DNA of 64,000 bases from Candidatus Latescibacterota bacterium (GTDB lineage: Bacteria; Latescibacterota; UBA2968; UBA8231). Every line of letters starts with the position of its first letter. Position 1 is the first letter of the stretch. The stretch is taken from the NCBI GenBank assembly GCA_965242865.1, contig CBDETK010000013.1:1920001-1984000 (forward strand), read 5' to 3'. The notes under the pieces were generated by a model, which saw nothing but the letters and a program-made list of their open reading frames with translations, did no database searches and was not told where the DNA came from. Below are positions 50,387 to 60,016 of this stretch, in pieces. The translations under genes were made by a program, and so were the position numbers.

Positions 50387-51615
50387 TGGGCCTCCAAGCC
50401 GCGCAGCATAAACTCGGCGTACGTGCGGGCCGTCAACACCAAATCGCGCACCCGCACGCGCTCATCTACTCCGTGAATGCGCTCGCCCTTTACGCCATAG
50501 CCAATGCCGGGCAAGCCCCCGGCGACCGCAAAGTAGTGCAGGTCCGTAAAGCCAGAACTGAGCCGGTAGCTGGCGGCGCGGCGACGCACGGCTTGCACGG
50601 CCCGCGCAAAGGCTTGGGGCAGCGCGTGATTGGCAGCGACGACGCACGGCTCAATCCGCAAGGGCGCGGTCACCCGGCAGGGCGACGGCGTGGCCACGGC
50701 GCGTCTCAGCCCGCGCTCAACAGCCGCGATTTGTTCGCCGGGCACTAAGCGGCGGTCCAGCGAAAAGCGGGCGCGGGCGGGCACGGTGTTGATTTTGTCG
50801 CCCGCCCCGCCCGAGAAGGTGCCGCCGATGTTGAGCGTTGGGTTGCGGGCCTCGCCATCGGAGTCCACATAGCGGTGTTCGGCCGCGTTGAGGCGCGCCT
50901 TGTAGGCTCGCAGCTTTTGCACCACATCCACCATGGCTTCAAAGGCATTGACCCCTTGTTCGGGCCGAGAAGCGTGTGCGGCCTTGCCCGTCAGCTCGAC
51001 CTCCAACCACAACACGCCGTTGTGACCGCAGCCGACCTGCGTCCCGGCCGCCCCCTCGCAGACGACCGCGAAATCGGCGTTCACCAGCCCCTTGTGTACG
51101 ATCCATCCCGCGCCCAATTGGCCGCCGGTCTCCTCGTCGGCCGTGAACGAACACTCGACGTTGAAAGCCGGCTGCACATCCTGCGCCTTGAGGGCCTCCA
51201 CCGCCATCAGCAACGCGGCAATTGAGCCTTTCATGTCGCCGGCACCGCGACCGTAGAGCGCACCGCCGGCCAGCCCCGGCTCAAAAGGGCTGCCGAACCG
51301 CCACTGCCCAGCGCAGGGCACCACATCGTAGTGGGCGTTGAAATGCACGGTCTGCGGCAGGCCGGCGTCCCAGCGAGCGATTAGGTTGTAGCGCGGGAAC
51401 TCGGCCGAGCCGAGCACGCGGCGCACCTCTGGGTCGGGGACGCGGTGGACTTTGGCCGACATGCCCAAGCCCTGACAGCGTTCCAAGAGCGCGTCGGTCA
51501 TCGCTTGGTAGTTGTGCCCCGGCGGATTGACCGTATCCACGCGCACGAGTGCCTGCGCGGTGCCGAGCAACTGCTCTTGGTGCTTTTCGATGTATTGATG
51601 GACCTCGGCCTTCAT
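50383..51615 (-). CDS. M20 peptidase (ArgE/DapE family)
   Basis: TVNPPG, NAHYDVVP, GRGAGDMKG, DEE.GG, GKAAHAS.P..GVNA, HGVDE. Confidence 0.9.
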   Translation of the reverse strand: MKAEVHQYIEKHQEQLLGTAQALVRVDTVNPPGHNYQAMTDALLERCQGLGMSAKVHRVPDPEVRRVLGSAEFPRYNLIARWDAGLPQTVHFNAHYDVVPCAGQWRFGSPFEPGLAGGALYGRGAGDMKGSIAALLMAVEALKAQDVQPAFNVECSFTADEETGGQLGAGWIVHKGLVNADFAVVCEGAAGTQVGCGHNGVLWLEVELTGKAAHASRPEQGVNAFEAMVDVVQKLRAYKARLNAAEHRYVDSDGEARNPTLNIGGTFSGGAGDKINTVPARARFSLDRRLVPGEQIAAVERGLRRAVATPSPCRVTAPLRIEPCVVAANHALPQAFARAVQAVRRRAASYRLSSGFTDLHYFAVAGGLPGIGYGVKGERIHGVDERVRVRDLVLTARTYAEFMLRGLEAQ

Positions 51616-51626
51616 AGGTGATTCGC

Positions 51627-53108
51627 TCAGAACGTGGTCTCCTTGGTCGTCATGGGGCACCAGCGCGCCGTGGTCAGGTGGTGCAGCAAGACGCCTTGGG
51701 ATTGGGGCGTGCCAATCTGTTGCAGGGCGGCCGTGCTGTGCCCTTGGACGTAGCGATTTTCGTCGCTGAGAGCCTCGGCCAGCGCATCCGTGGCCGCGGC
51801 GGCCGCCGGGCCGAAGTGGGCCAGCGCGTACGCGGCATTGAAGCGCACCTGCTCGTCTTCGTCCGCGAGCAGGGCCGCCAACGCCGGCACGGCTCCTTCG
51901 GGATGCAGCTCAATGGTTCCGAGGGCCTCGGCCACGTTGCGCCGCACCCATTCGTCCGGGTCATCGCGCAACGCACACAGAGCGGCCGCGGCCTCAGCAC
52001 CCGCCCGCGCTCCCATGTCGCCCAGCGCATACGCGGCAAAACCCCGCACATGGGCGCGCTCGTCGCCGAGAGCCGCGATCAAGGCCGCCACTGCGTCCTC
52101 CCCCACGACCCCCAGCGCATACGCCGCGTGTTCGCGCACGGATTCGCGCTCGTCGTCGAGGGCCGCAAGCAACGGGCCTACGGCGGCCGCACCGATTGCA
52201 CCCAGCGCATACACGGCGTTGAGACGCACAGGTTCGGCCTCGTCGCCCAGCGCGTTGAGCAGCGCGTCGAGGGCTGGGGCGGCCTTTTCCCCGGATGCGC
52301 CGAGGGCATTGGTCGCGGCCAAGCGTTGTTCCAATGTCCCGTTAAGGGACTCGCGCAGTTGCTCGATTGGCCCGTTGGCCTCGGCGCGGCGCGGCCCACC
52401 CGCATGCCAGTCCCATATCCGCGACCACACGACTCGGTGCTTGGCAGAGGGCGCAGAGCCATTGGCCGGCCACCCCGGGGCTTGGGCGTTCCAACTGGGC
52501 CGGCTCGGCTCGCTGAGGCGGGTAAATTGGAACTTCATCATGTAGCGGTTGGCGGCCGAGTGATTGGGCATGGCCCGGTGCCACAAGTCAAAATGCACTA
52601 GGGTACAGGTGCCGGCTGCGCCGCAGACGGGCAAGTGGTGCTCGTCCTTCTCGTCGGCTGCGCGGTCGTTGTAGTAATGGGTGCCGGGCATGACCGCAGT
52701 GGGGCCGTTTTCCACGGTGACGTCTTGGGGATAGTAGAAGATCATCACCCAGCGATTGCGGTGATAGCGCACCTTGTGGTAGCCCCAATAGCTGTCCTTG
52801 TGCCAGCCGCCGCCTTGGCTGCCGGGCGGGTTGATGTGGCAGTGGCGGTGGGCGTGCATGATGTAATCCGGCCCGACCACGGACGCGAGAGCCCCGCGGA
52901 TGACGGGATCGTCAAAGACTTGTTGCAACGCCGGGATGCGGGGCAGGATGTTGTTGCCGGGATTGCCCTCCTTGGCAAAGACCGCTTCGGTGCGCTGGTA
53001 GATGGCTTGGTGGAGGGAGGCGGGCAGGGAGGATTTGAGCGTGAGACAACCCTCGGCTATGAACTGCTGCATCTCCTCGTCGCTGAGAAGGTACTGAGGG
53101 TCTAACAT
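51627..53108 (-). CDS. PhyH-family dioxygenase fused to HEAT repeats
   Basis: WHKD, NGPTAVMPGTH, DLWHR, then VRxxAAYALG repeats; AGGAG RBS. Confidence 0.85.
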   Translation of the reverse strand: MLDPQYLLSDEEMQQFIAEGCLTLKSSLPASLHQAIYQRTEAVFAKEGNPGNNILPRIPALQQVFDDPVIRGALASVVGPDYIMHAHRHCHINPPGSQGGGWHKDSYWGYHKVRYHRNRWVMIFYYPQDVTVENGPTAVMPGTHYYNDRAADEKDEHHLPVCGAAGTCTLVHFDLWHRAMPNHSAANRYMMKFQFTRLSEPSRPSWNAQAPGWPANGSAPSAKHRVVWSRIWDWHAGGPRRAEANGPIEQLRESLNGTLEQRLAATNALGASGEKAAPALDALLNALGDEAEPVRLNAVYALGAIGAAAVGPLLAALDDERESVREHAAYALGVVGEDAVAALIAALGDERAHVRGFAAYALGDMGARAGAEAAAALCALRDDPDEWVRRNVAEALGTIELHPEGAVPALAALLADEDEQVRFNAAYALAHFGPAAAAATDALAEALSDENRYVQGHSTAALQQIGTPQSQGVLLHHLTTARWCPMTTKETTF

Positions 53109-53187
53109 GAGCGGTCTCCTGAGAGGATGGGAACAGAGGCGAGTTCGGCCAAAAGTATCGTTGGAGGCCGGATAGGGCAATCCTACG

Positions 53188-53748
53188 CTAAACCCACTGG
53201 GGCAGTTTATCCAACAGGTGGCGCAGGGCCGCCGCTGGCGTCATCTCGTCCATGTCCAGCGTCACGTGAGCTCGGTCAAAGCCGCCTTGGCGCTCGGCCA
53301 ACAACGGCCTGAGCTGGGCCGTACTTTCGGGCGGTTGCAGCAACAGCGGATGTGGCCCCAAGGCTTGGTGGCGCAGCTTCCAATAGATGCTGGCCAGCGA
53401 CAACTTGAGGTACACCAAGGTCGCTTTGGCCAGCACCTGCCGGAGATTGGCTTCTTTGAGCAGCACCCCATCGCCCAAGACGACGACTCCGGGCGGACGG
53501 GCGACCAAGGCTTGGGCGAGAAAGCGGTCCTCCAACTGGCGCAAAGCCGCTAGGCCCTGCGTCTGCACGAGCCCCACCAAGGACTGACCAGCCGCGTGTT
53601 CGACCCAGCGATCCACATCGATGAGGGGCAGGCCGCTCAAGGCGGCCAAGTCGCGGCCCAACCCGTGTTGATCAACGCCTGGGAAGCCGATGAGGACCAC
53701 CGGACGCCGCAACAGGACGAGCGGCCCCGGCTCGTAGTAATTGGACAA
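53188..53748 (-). CDS. Shikimate-kinase-like protein with a degenerate P-loop
   Basis: LIGFPGVDQH instead of GxxGxGKS/T; DVD..VE, R.LE, LGDG, VYL retained. Confidence 0.65.
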   Translation of the reverse strand: MSNYYEPGPLVLLRRPVVLIGFPGVDQHGLGRDLAALSGLPLIDVDRWVEHAAGQSLVGLVQTQGLAALRQLEDRFLAQALVARPPGVVVLGDGVLLKEANLRQVLAKATLVYLKLSLASIYWKLRHQALGPHPLLLQPPESTAQLRPLLAERQGGFDRAHVTLDMDEMTPAAALRHLLDKLPQWV

Positions 53749-53827
53749 GGCGTCAGCGGCTTTCTCGATTGCCGTCCGTGGCGATAGCGGAGATGAGCAC
53801 GGATTAGCTCCTCAGTATGCGCCCTAA

Positions 53828-53838
53828 GTACGCGACAC
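53828..53838 (+). repeat. Left end of MITE family B
   Basis: TAA-GTACGCGACAC, identical to 14006-14016. Confidence 0.5.
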
Positions 53839-54069
53839 CAGCCACCTGCCTTCCATCCCGGATGCAGCGGGAACCGCCGAAAACGCGTACGCAAAGTAGG
53901 GACACGGCATAAGTTCCTTGGACAATGACAATTTCCCCTAAGCCTGCATCAACGTCAAAAGCGAAGATTTGTACACCGGATCGCCGCCCAGAGAAGCCGG
54001 GGCGCGTTGTGATTGTTCATCCGCCCCTGTATTATTTAACAACTTTTCCAATAACAAAGGAACGCCTCC

Positions 54070-55077
54070 ATGCTGACCATCGGCCCCGGTCCCGATCCCT
54101 ACTTTGCCTACAAAATCCACCATGTTGAACGGGCCAAAACCGCTTGGGTCCTCTCCGAGGAGTTTGGCCTATACGAAGCACTGCGCGACGGACCGGCGAC
54201 CATCGCGCAAGTCAGCCGACGGATCGGCCTACAGGACCGGCCTACCGCTGTGCTCCTAGCGGCCAATGCCTGCCTCGGCGTTTTAGGCCTAGCGAACAGC
54301 CGGTACTATATCTACGACGTGATGCGCGAAATGGTCCTAGAAGGGGGCCGAGCTCGCACCGTGCCCCGTCCTCCCGACCCGGAAAAAGACTGGTGGTATC
54401 GGGTCATGAAGCAAGCCCTGCACACCAACGCCCCGGTGCCCGAAGCCCTGCCAGCGTGGCTGACCAATCCCCAAGGCAATGAGGACACCACGGCTTTCGC
54501 GCCGAGCCGCCACGGCTGGCGCATTCTGTGGGGGCAGGCCCTAGCCGAGGCCCTAGACTTCCGTCCATTTCGCACGGTGGCGGATCTGGGCGGAGCCACC
54601 GGCGGGGTGCTGGTCGGCCTGACTGAGCACTGTCCGCACCTGCAAGGCATTGTCGTGGACCTGCCCTATAGCCAAAAAACGGCCGAGGCGGCCATTCGGC
54701 AGAGCAACGCACAAGAGCGGGTGCGCTTTCACGCCGCCGACTTCTTCCGCGATCCCCTTCCGGCTGGAATCGATGTGTTTTTCATGTCCCACGTGATCCA
54801 CGATTGGGATCCCGAACACTGCATCGAGTTGCTGCGCCGCTGCTACCAAGCCTTGCCCGTAGGCTCGCCGGTACTCGTGCAGGAATACCTGCTCAATGAG
54901 GACAAAACCGCAGGTCTGATCGCGGTGTTTCAGTGGTTCGGGCTAATGTACGGAACGATTGGCGACCAGCGCACCGGGCCGGAAATCGAAACGCTGATGG
55001 CCCAAGCCGGCTTCCGCGAGACGGAGTGCCGCCCCCTCGACCACGAGCAGGGAATAGTGATCGGCTGGAAGCGCTAG
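54070..55077 (+). CDS. SAM-dependent O-methyltransferase (Methyltransf_2 with dimerisation domain)
   Basis: ADLGGATG, VDLP, ADFF, SHVIHDW. Confidence 0.9.
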   Translation: MLTIGPGPDPYFAYKIHHVERAKTAWVLSEEFGLYEALRDGPATIAQVSRRIGLQDRPTAVLLAANACLGVLGLANSRYYIYDVMREMVLEGGRARTVPRPPDPEKDWWYRVMKQALHTNAPVPEALPAWLTNPQGNEDTTAFAPSRHGWRILWGQALAEALDFRPFRTVADLGGATGGVLVGLTEHCPHLQGIVVDLPYSQKTAEAAIRQSNAQERVRFHAADFFRDPLPAGIDVFFMSHVIHDWDPEHCIELLRRCYQALPVGSPVLVQEYLLNEDKTAGLIAVFQWFGLMYGTIGDQRTGPEIETLMAQAGFRETECRPLDHEQGIVIGWKR

Positions 55078-55317
55078 ACGTTAGCGGTCCGGCAACGACT
55101 TTCATGCGAGTAGCCTCCTTGTTATCCCCACTGGTAATGCGGGCCCCAAGCCCCTGTATCGGTTCGGAGCGACAACCGAGCGTGAGGGGGGCTTACTCCC
55201 GCCCGGTGCCGGCGGCATGCCCGTGCCCACTCATCCAATGACGCACGACGCGCCCCTCACGCATTCCTTTCAGATTGGCCAAGCTAACAAGGAATCGGCA
55301 ACATACAAATGACCCCT

Positions 55318-55563
55318 AGAGGCGTCAAGCAAGACGATCCAAAAGCAACATGAGTTTTCAGAACGCTTCTTAGGCTTACGCGACACGTACTTTGCGTCTG
55401 CATTTTCTGGTGCGTCCGGAATCGAGGGCAAGATGCCCTCGATCCTTGGAAAGCTAGAATTCCCGCCCCGTGTCAGGGCACGGGGTGACGTTCTTGCGGG
55501 AAGGACAGCGACCGGCTCTATCGCTTGTTCAACACGACCCAAGGTAGGTTTGCAGACCGCCTC
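55318..55563. mobile_element. Stack of MITE A and B pieces
   Basis: TTTTCAGAACGCTTC-TTA (A end), TACGCGACAC..TACTTTG..GATCGAGGGC hairpin (B), then a ~105-bp homologue of 3594-3701 ending TTTGCAGACCGCCTC-TAA. Confidence 0.7.
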
Positions 55564-55573
55564 TAAGAGGGGC

Positions 55574-56446
55574 CTATTCTGAGTAGTCGTATTTCCGGTT
55601 GCGGCTGATGTAGTCGATTGGGCCATCGACAAATTCCGCCACCGTCTCCAACGCACTATCCGCAAACAGGGCTTCTGTCCCTTTGGGAAACAAGAGCGGC
55701 TTTCTCGCATGCCACCAGCGCACCCAGTGGATCATGGCGATCATCGGGCGGGGCTGGTCTGTGCAGTTGGGCATGCCGCGATGCCAGAGACGTATGTCGC
55801 GGAGCAGCACGCTGCCAGCAGGTACGCTCGGCTGTAGAGGGTTGCACTCGGCGCGGCGTCTTTCGACTGCGGGCGGCAGCTTGATGTCGCTGTCGTTCAC
55901 GGCGCGGGTGTCGTCGTTGATGGCGCGGGTGGTGTCTAGGTGGGTTCCGGGCCACAGTTCGGTGCTGCCGTTTGCGGGTGTGGCATCGACGACCGGCACA
56001 TTGACGACAACGCCATAGGTCGGCGTCGCCACTTTGAGGTTGGGCCAGAGCTGACCCGCGTCCACGTGGAGGGGTTGCTGGGTGGTGTTGGGTAAGCAGG
56101 TGTTGCCGCTGTAGAAGGCGTTTTTGACGCCCGCGCCGAGTACGGCCTGCGTTACTTCGACGACGAGGTCGTTGACCAGCACGGCGCGGAAGAGGTACGG
56201 CGGGAAGGGCGGCGGGTCCTGCTGTAAGTGGCCGTTGTTGAACTGATAGGGGACATCTGCGAGGTCGAGGATCGGTTCGACATCGGCGAGCATGCGCTCG
56301 CGCAACACTTCGATATGCGCGGGATCAATGGCGCGGTGCAGGACGACAAAGCCATCGTCGCGCAGGGCGGCAACCGCCTGTTGCAGGTGCTCTGGTTTTA
56401 GCTTGCGGGCGCAGTGTTCGGCCGCGCTCAATTCCAACTCGATCAT
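55574..56446 (-). CDS. PhyH-family Fe/2-OG dioxygenase
   Basis: DGFVV, QPLHVD, NGSTELWPGTH, RLWHRG, PRPM. Confidence 0.85.
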   Translation of the reverse strand: MIELELSAAEHCARKLKPEHLQQAVAALRDDGFVVLHRAIDPAHIEVLRERMLADVEPILDLADVPYQFNNGHLQQDPPPFPPYLFRAVLVNDLVVEVTQAVLGAGVKNAFYSGNTCLPNTTQQPLHVDAGQLWPNLKVATPTYGVVVNVPVVDATPANGSTELWPGTHLDTTRAINDDTRAVNDSDIKLPPAVERRRAECNPLQPSVPAGSVLLRDIRLWHRGMPNCTDQPRPMIAMIHWVRWWHARKPLLFPKGTEALFADSALETVAEFVDGPIDYISRNRKYDYSE

Positions 56447-56451
56447 AGCAT

Positions 56452-57441
56452 TCAGGCGCAGGTTGGGTCTTCCAGCGGCCAGCGATTGAAGGAAGGCAAG
56501 TTTTTGCCCGTCAGCTTTTCCCGGGCGTCATACCACGATTGCGCCCAAGCCACGGGGTCGCGCAGTTCGCTTGAAGGGTCTTTGCGGCTGCGGGCGACAA
56601 ACCCGGGAAAGAGCGGGCGGCCGCTGGGCTGGCCAGTGGGATTGTAGCGGAGATCAAAGCTGATTCGCACCTGCTCGCTGACGTTGGGCAACGACGAATG
56701 GCAAGTCCGCCGGTGCATGAAGAGCACATCGCCGCGCTTCAACTCGGCGGTGACGACGCGGTCGAGAGCGAGGTCTTGGTCGCGGATAAAGTGGCCGACG
56801 CCCCTGAGTGAGCAGTGGTGCAACAGCCCGTCGCGGTGGCTGCCGGCGACGACTTCGATGCAGCCGTGCTCGCGAAAGGCATGGGTCAGCGGCACCCACA
56901 CGGTGAGCATGTCGGTCGCGTCGGCTTCGGGCAGAACCACGCCGTTGTCTTGGTGCCAAGGCGTAGCGCCGACGGCAAAACCGGCGATGCGGCCATGGTG
57001 GTCTTTGGGGATGCCGGGCAAGTACTGCTCGGGCGGTTTGATGCGAATGTGCTGGACGGGGTTGGAGTAGATTTCCGGGCCGATGAGATTTTCGATGATG
57101 TCGAGGAGCTTTTCGTTGCGCAGCATCGCGAAGGTGGCCGGGCCTACCGCGATGGGCGAGTCCGCGCAGATGCCGCCTTGAGGCAGCGAAATGTCGAAGT
57201 GCTGGGCGTAAATTTGGCCGGTTTCGTTGTATATCTGGCAGAGCCGCTCGTCAAAGCCGAGGTCGGCGTAGGTGGAAGCGAGCTGACCTGCGGCGAAAAG
57301 CTCGTTGGCGAGGCTGTCGAGGACTTCATCGTATTCGGCCAACACGGGATCGATGTCGGCCGCGGGGTCGAGGAGGTCTTCGACGAGAACGAAGCCGCGC
57401 TCGCGGTAGTGGTTGAGTTGGAACGGGGTTAATTGGGGCAT
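56452..57441 (-). CDS. PhyH-family Fe/2-OG dioxygenase
   Basis: RGFVL, TPWHQD, TVWVPL, GCI..GSH, H.S.PN.S..R.SFDLRY. Confidence 0.9.
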   Translation of the reverse strand: MPQLTPFQLNHYRERGFVLVEDLLDPAADIDPVLAEYDEVLDSLANELFAAGQLASTYADLGFDERLCQIYNETGQIYAQHFDISLPQGGICADSPIAVGPATFAMLRNEKLLDIIENLIGPEIYSNPVQHIRIKPPEQYLPGIPKDHHGRIAGFAVGATPWHQDNGVVLPEADATDMLTVWVPLTHAFREHGCIEVVAGSHRDGLLHHCSLRGVGHFIRDQDLALDRVVTAELKRGDVLFMHRRTCHSSLPNVSEQVRISFDLRYNPTGQPSGRPLFPGFVARSRKDPSSELRDPVAWAQSWYDAREKLTGKNLPSFNRWPLEDPTCA

Positions 57442-57453
57442 GGCCGGACTCTC

Positions 57454-57675
57454 CTACAGGCCGAGATGCTTGATTTTCTGAAGTTCCTTTTGAATTTCAG
57501 GATCCGCGGCCATTTTACTCAATTGGGCATCGACATGAGTATCTATATCCGTTTTACCAGAAGAAATATCAGTTCGCATCCGGTGGCTCACTCGCTCAAT
57601 AAGCAGCAACCGCTCATCTAAAGACAAACGACAAATGTTTTCTTCTAATTCAGCAAGAAGAGATGGCTTAGACAT
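57454..57675 (-). CDS. Small antitoxin-like hypothetical protein, possibly truncated
   Basis: AAGGAGG RBS; LSLDERLLLIE..MAADPEIQKEL pattern seen in small TA-associated proteins; lower GC. Confidence 0.5.
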   Translation of the reverse strand: MSKPSLLAELEENICRLSLDERLLLIERVSHRMRTDISSGKTDIDTHVDAQLSKMAADPEIQKELQKIKHLGL

Positions 57676-57696
57676 CCCGTTCCTCCTTGATATAGC

Positions 57697-58230
57697 ATCG
57701 CCCCAGTGTAGATGCGACTCGTCGACAAAAAAGGCACTCAGACGCCCCGCTTGGAGATCTGGCATATACGCGGCTAGTTTTTTTTACTCTCGGCGCGCCG
57801 TGCGACCCCCTGGCGCGGGTCGGCTTGGGGCGAACGGGCGTGGGGCTTCTTCCGACGATAGCCCGCCTGCGAGAGCAGATCATAGTAACGCTGCGAGGAG
57901 CGATAGACCACGCCAAACTGCGTTTGGATATAGGAGGCCAACGACGCCACCGAGGGCTGTGATGGGGTGGCTAACCAGCGGGTGATTTGCGCTCGCTGAG
58001 CGGCCGACAAATAGGACGGCGAGCCTTTATAGCCTAAGCGCAAGCATTCGACCCCCTCAGATAGATACCGCTTCTTCCACGTACTGATGAACCCCGACGG
58101 AACGCCGAGCACCGCTTGAATCATACCTTGTTTGACCCCCAACAGAGTCATCTGAACCGCTACTGCACGTTTGAGTTCGCGGGCGTCGGGGTTGCTGGCG
58201 ATAAAATCGGATAAAGAACGATCAGAAACC
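57697..58230 (-). mobile_element. IS630-family transposase remnant
   Basis: ELKRAVAV, WKKRY..G...L.LGYKG, FGVVYRS..YYDLL; A8 slippery run (57778-57785) leads into FFVDESHLHWGD (first DDE Asp), then truncated. Confidence 0.85.
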
Positions 58231-58315
58231 AGCTGAAAACACTCCTGAAAAAGGGACGATAGAAAACGAAACGACAATATAAAAAGAAAACCTTAACCTT
58301 TCAAGGCATTTCGGA

Positions 58316-58777
58316 TTGCTATATCTACGGATTATTAACCCCCGCGTGGCGGAAATCGCGGTAAGTGGCGACAAAGCCTACTTGGACATCGGATTGAAGA
58401 AAATGATGCCGCTGAATATGTTCGGCAGTGGCATGATCCGCGCCGCAACCATTCTCTCGCTATCCATTTTAAGGGCCGAACAAATTCTCCTCATCGATGA
58501 ACTCGAAAATGGCCTTCACTATCGAGCCATTCTGCCGCTCCTAAAGACACTTCTCGAATTTTCTCGCGAGCAGCACTTGCAGATTTTCGTCACCACGCAC
58601 AGCCGCGAAATCCTCAAAGCACTGAAAGATGTGCTGAACTCGCCCGAATTTTTCGGTTATCGGCAGACGACAAACTGCTACGTATTGCAGAGAGATAAGA
58701 GCGGATTGGTGCGTTCCTATAAGTACGAGTACCATCAATACGAGCACAACATTGAGCACGATATAGAGATCAGGTGA
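58316..58777 (+). pseudogene. C-terminal part of an AAA_15/AAA_21 (ABC-type) ATPase
   Basis: FGSG signature, LLIDELENGLHY, QIFVTTHS; no Walker A; 5' end lost next to the IS630 remnant. Confidence 0.8.
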
Positions 58778-59077
58778 TGAGTAGCCAATGGCAGATATTC
58801 GTCGAAGGACCGGACGATCGAGCCTTCCTCAAGGGCCTGTTACAACACCTGAACATTTCCAACGTCAACACGTCTATCATCGGCGGCGGTGTGGCGGAGT
58901 TTGCGAAACCTCAACACGCCATATAAACTTCCCAATCAAAAGGCGCGAATTTATGCTTACTGCGAAGCACTCGGCATTGAGACCCGTGCAAGTACGCGGA
59001 AATACGTGAATTCACCATATTGGAACCTGAATGCGCCCGATCTGAAACCGCTGAAAGAGTTTCTTCGCGCCCTGTAA
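58777..59077 (+). pseudogene. DUF3226-like TOPRIM partner of the ATPase, internally deleted and frameshifted
   Basis: MSSQWQIFVEGPDD..FL...IGG (TOPRIM N-terminus) joined out of frame to KARIYAY...YWNLNAPDLKPLKEFL. Confidence 0.65.
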
Positions 59078-59093
59078 ATCGCCCTTCCGAGTA

Positions 59094-59903
59094 TTAAATT
59101 AGTGCCCGCAACGCCGCGGCATATTGCCCCAACACCGCATCGGCCCGATCTCCACTCCCCCGCTTGTAAATCACTTCCACCGAGCAATACCCAGCAAACC
59201 CAGCGTCAGCAAGTAAGCGCAGCGGCTCGGCGTGATCAAAGACGCCCGCGCCCAGCACCTCGCTGACCTGCACCTTGCCAGCGACGATCAGCCCATCGTG
59301 GGCGTGGATGTGGCGCGTGTGTGTGCCCAACAGCCGGAAGCTCTCGGCGGGAGCTTCCAACATCCGCTGCGTGTGCATAAAATCCCACAGCACCTGCAAA
59401 TTTGGGTGCCCAGCCCGCTGAATGACCGTGCACACCGGGACCGAGCAGCACCAGTCGTCGTGCGTCTCCAGCAGCAAGGTCACGCCGCGTTCAGCCGCGG
59501 CCGGCAATACCTGTGCAAAGCCCTCGACCACGTAATCGACGACCGCTGTCCACTCGCGGCTCCGGTCGCGCGGGCCGCCGAAAACCCGCACCAAGCCACA
59601 GCCCAAATCAGCCGCCAAGTCAATGTACTTTTTCACGGCCTCCACGTGCCCAGCCCGCTCGGCCCCATCGGGCGCAGCCATCCGCGCCCCGGTCGCAATG
59701 CAGCAGATTTCTAGGCCCTCGTCCTCCATGCGCCGGCGAATGTCCCGCCGCTCTTTGGCCGCCAGCGCAGCCTCAATGCCGCAGGCGTGATCCCACTCGA
59801 CGCGCGGCTCAAACCCCTGATAGCCGTGCCGCTTCATGCCAGCGACGACCTCGGCCAAGGTCCAGTCTGGACACGCGCTGCTCATAGTCGCCAATTTGAT
59901 CAT
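59094..59903 (-). CDS. Sugar-phosphate isomerase/epimerase (TIM barrel)
   Basis: CPDWTL, VRVFGG, ETHD, WDFMH, HAHD. Confidence 0.85.
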   Translation of the reverse strand: MIKLATMSSACPDWTLAEVVAGMKRHGYQGFEPRVEWDHACGIEAALAAKERRDIRRRMEDEGLEICCIATGARMAAPDGAERAGHVEAVKKYIDLAADLGCGLVRVFGGPRDRSREWTAVVDYVVEGFAQVLPAAAERGVTLLLETHDDWCCSVPVCTVIQRAGHPNLQVLWDFMHTQRMLEAPAESFRLLGTHTRHIHAHDGLIVAGKVQVSEVLGAGVFDHAEPLRLLADAGFAGYCSVEVIYKRGSGDRADAVLGQYAAALRALI

Positions 59904-60016
59904 GGTACTCGCTCTCCTTCGTAGCGTTGCGAATTTAACCAATGGACGGGATAGACGGGATTGTATTGTTTTATTCCATCCCCTGTCAAACACTCCCAAC
60001 GGATGCAAGGCCCCTC

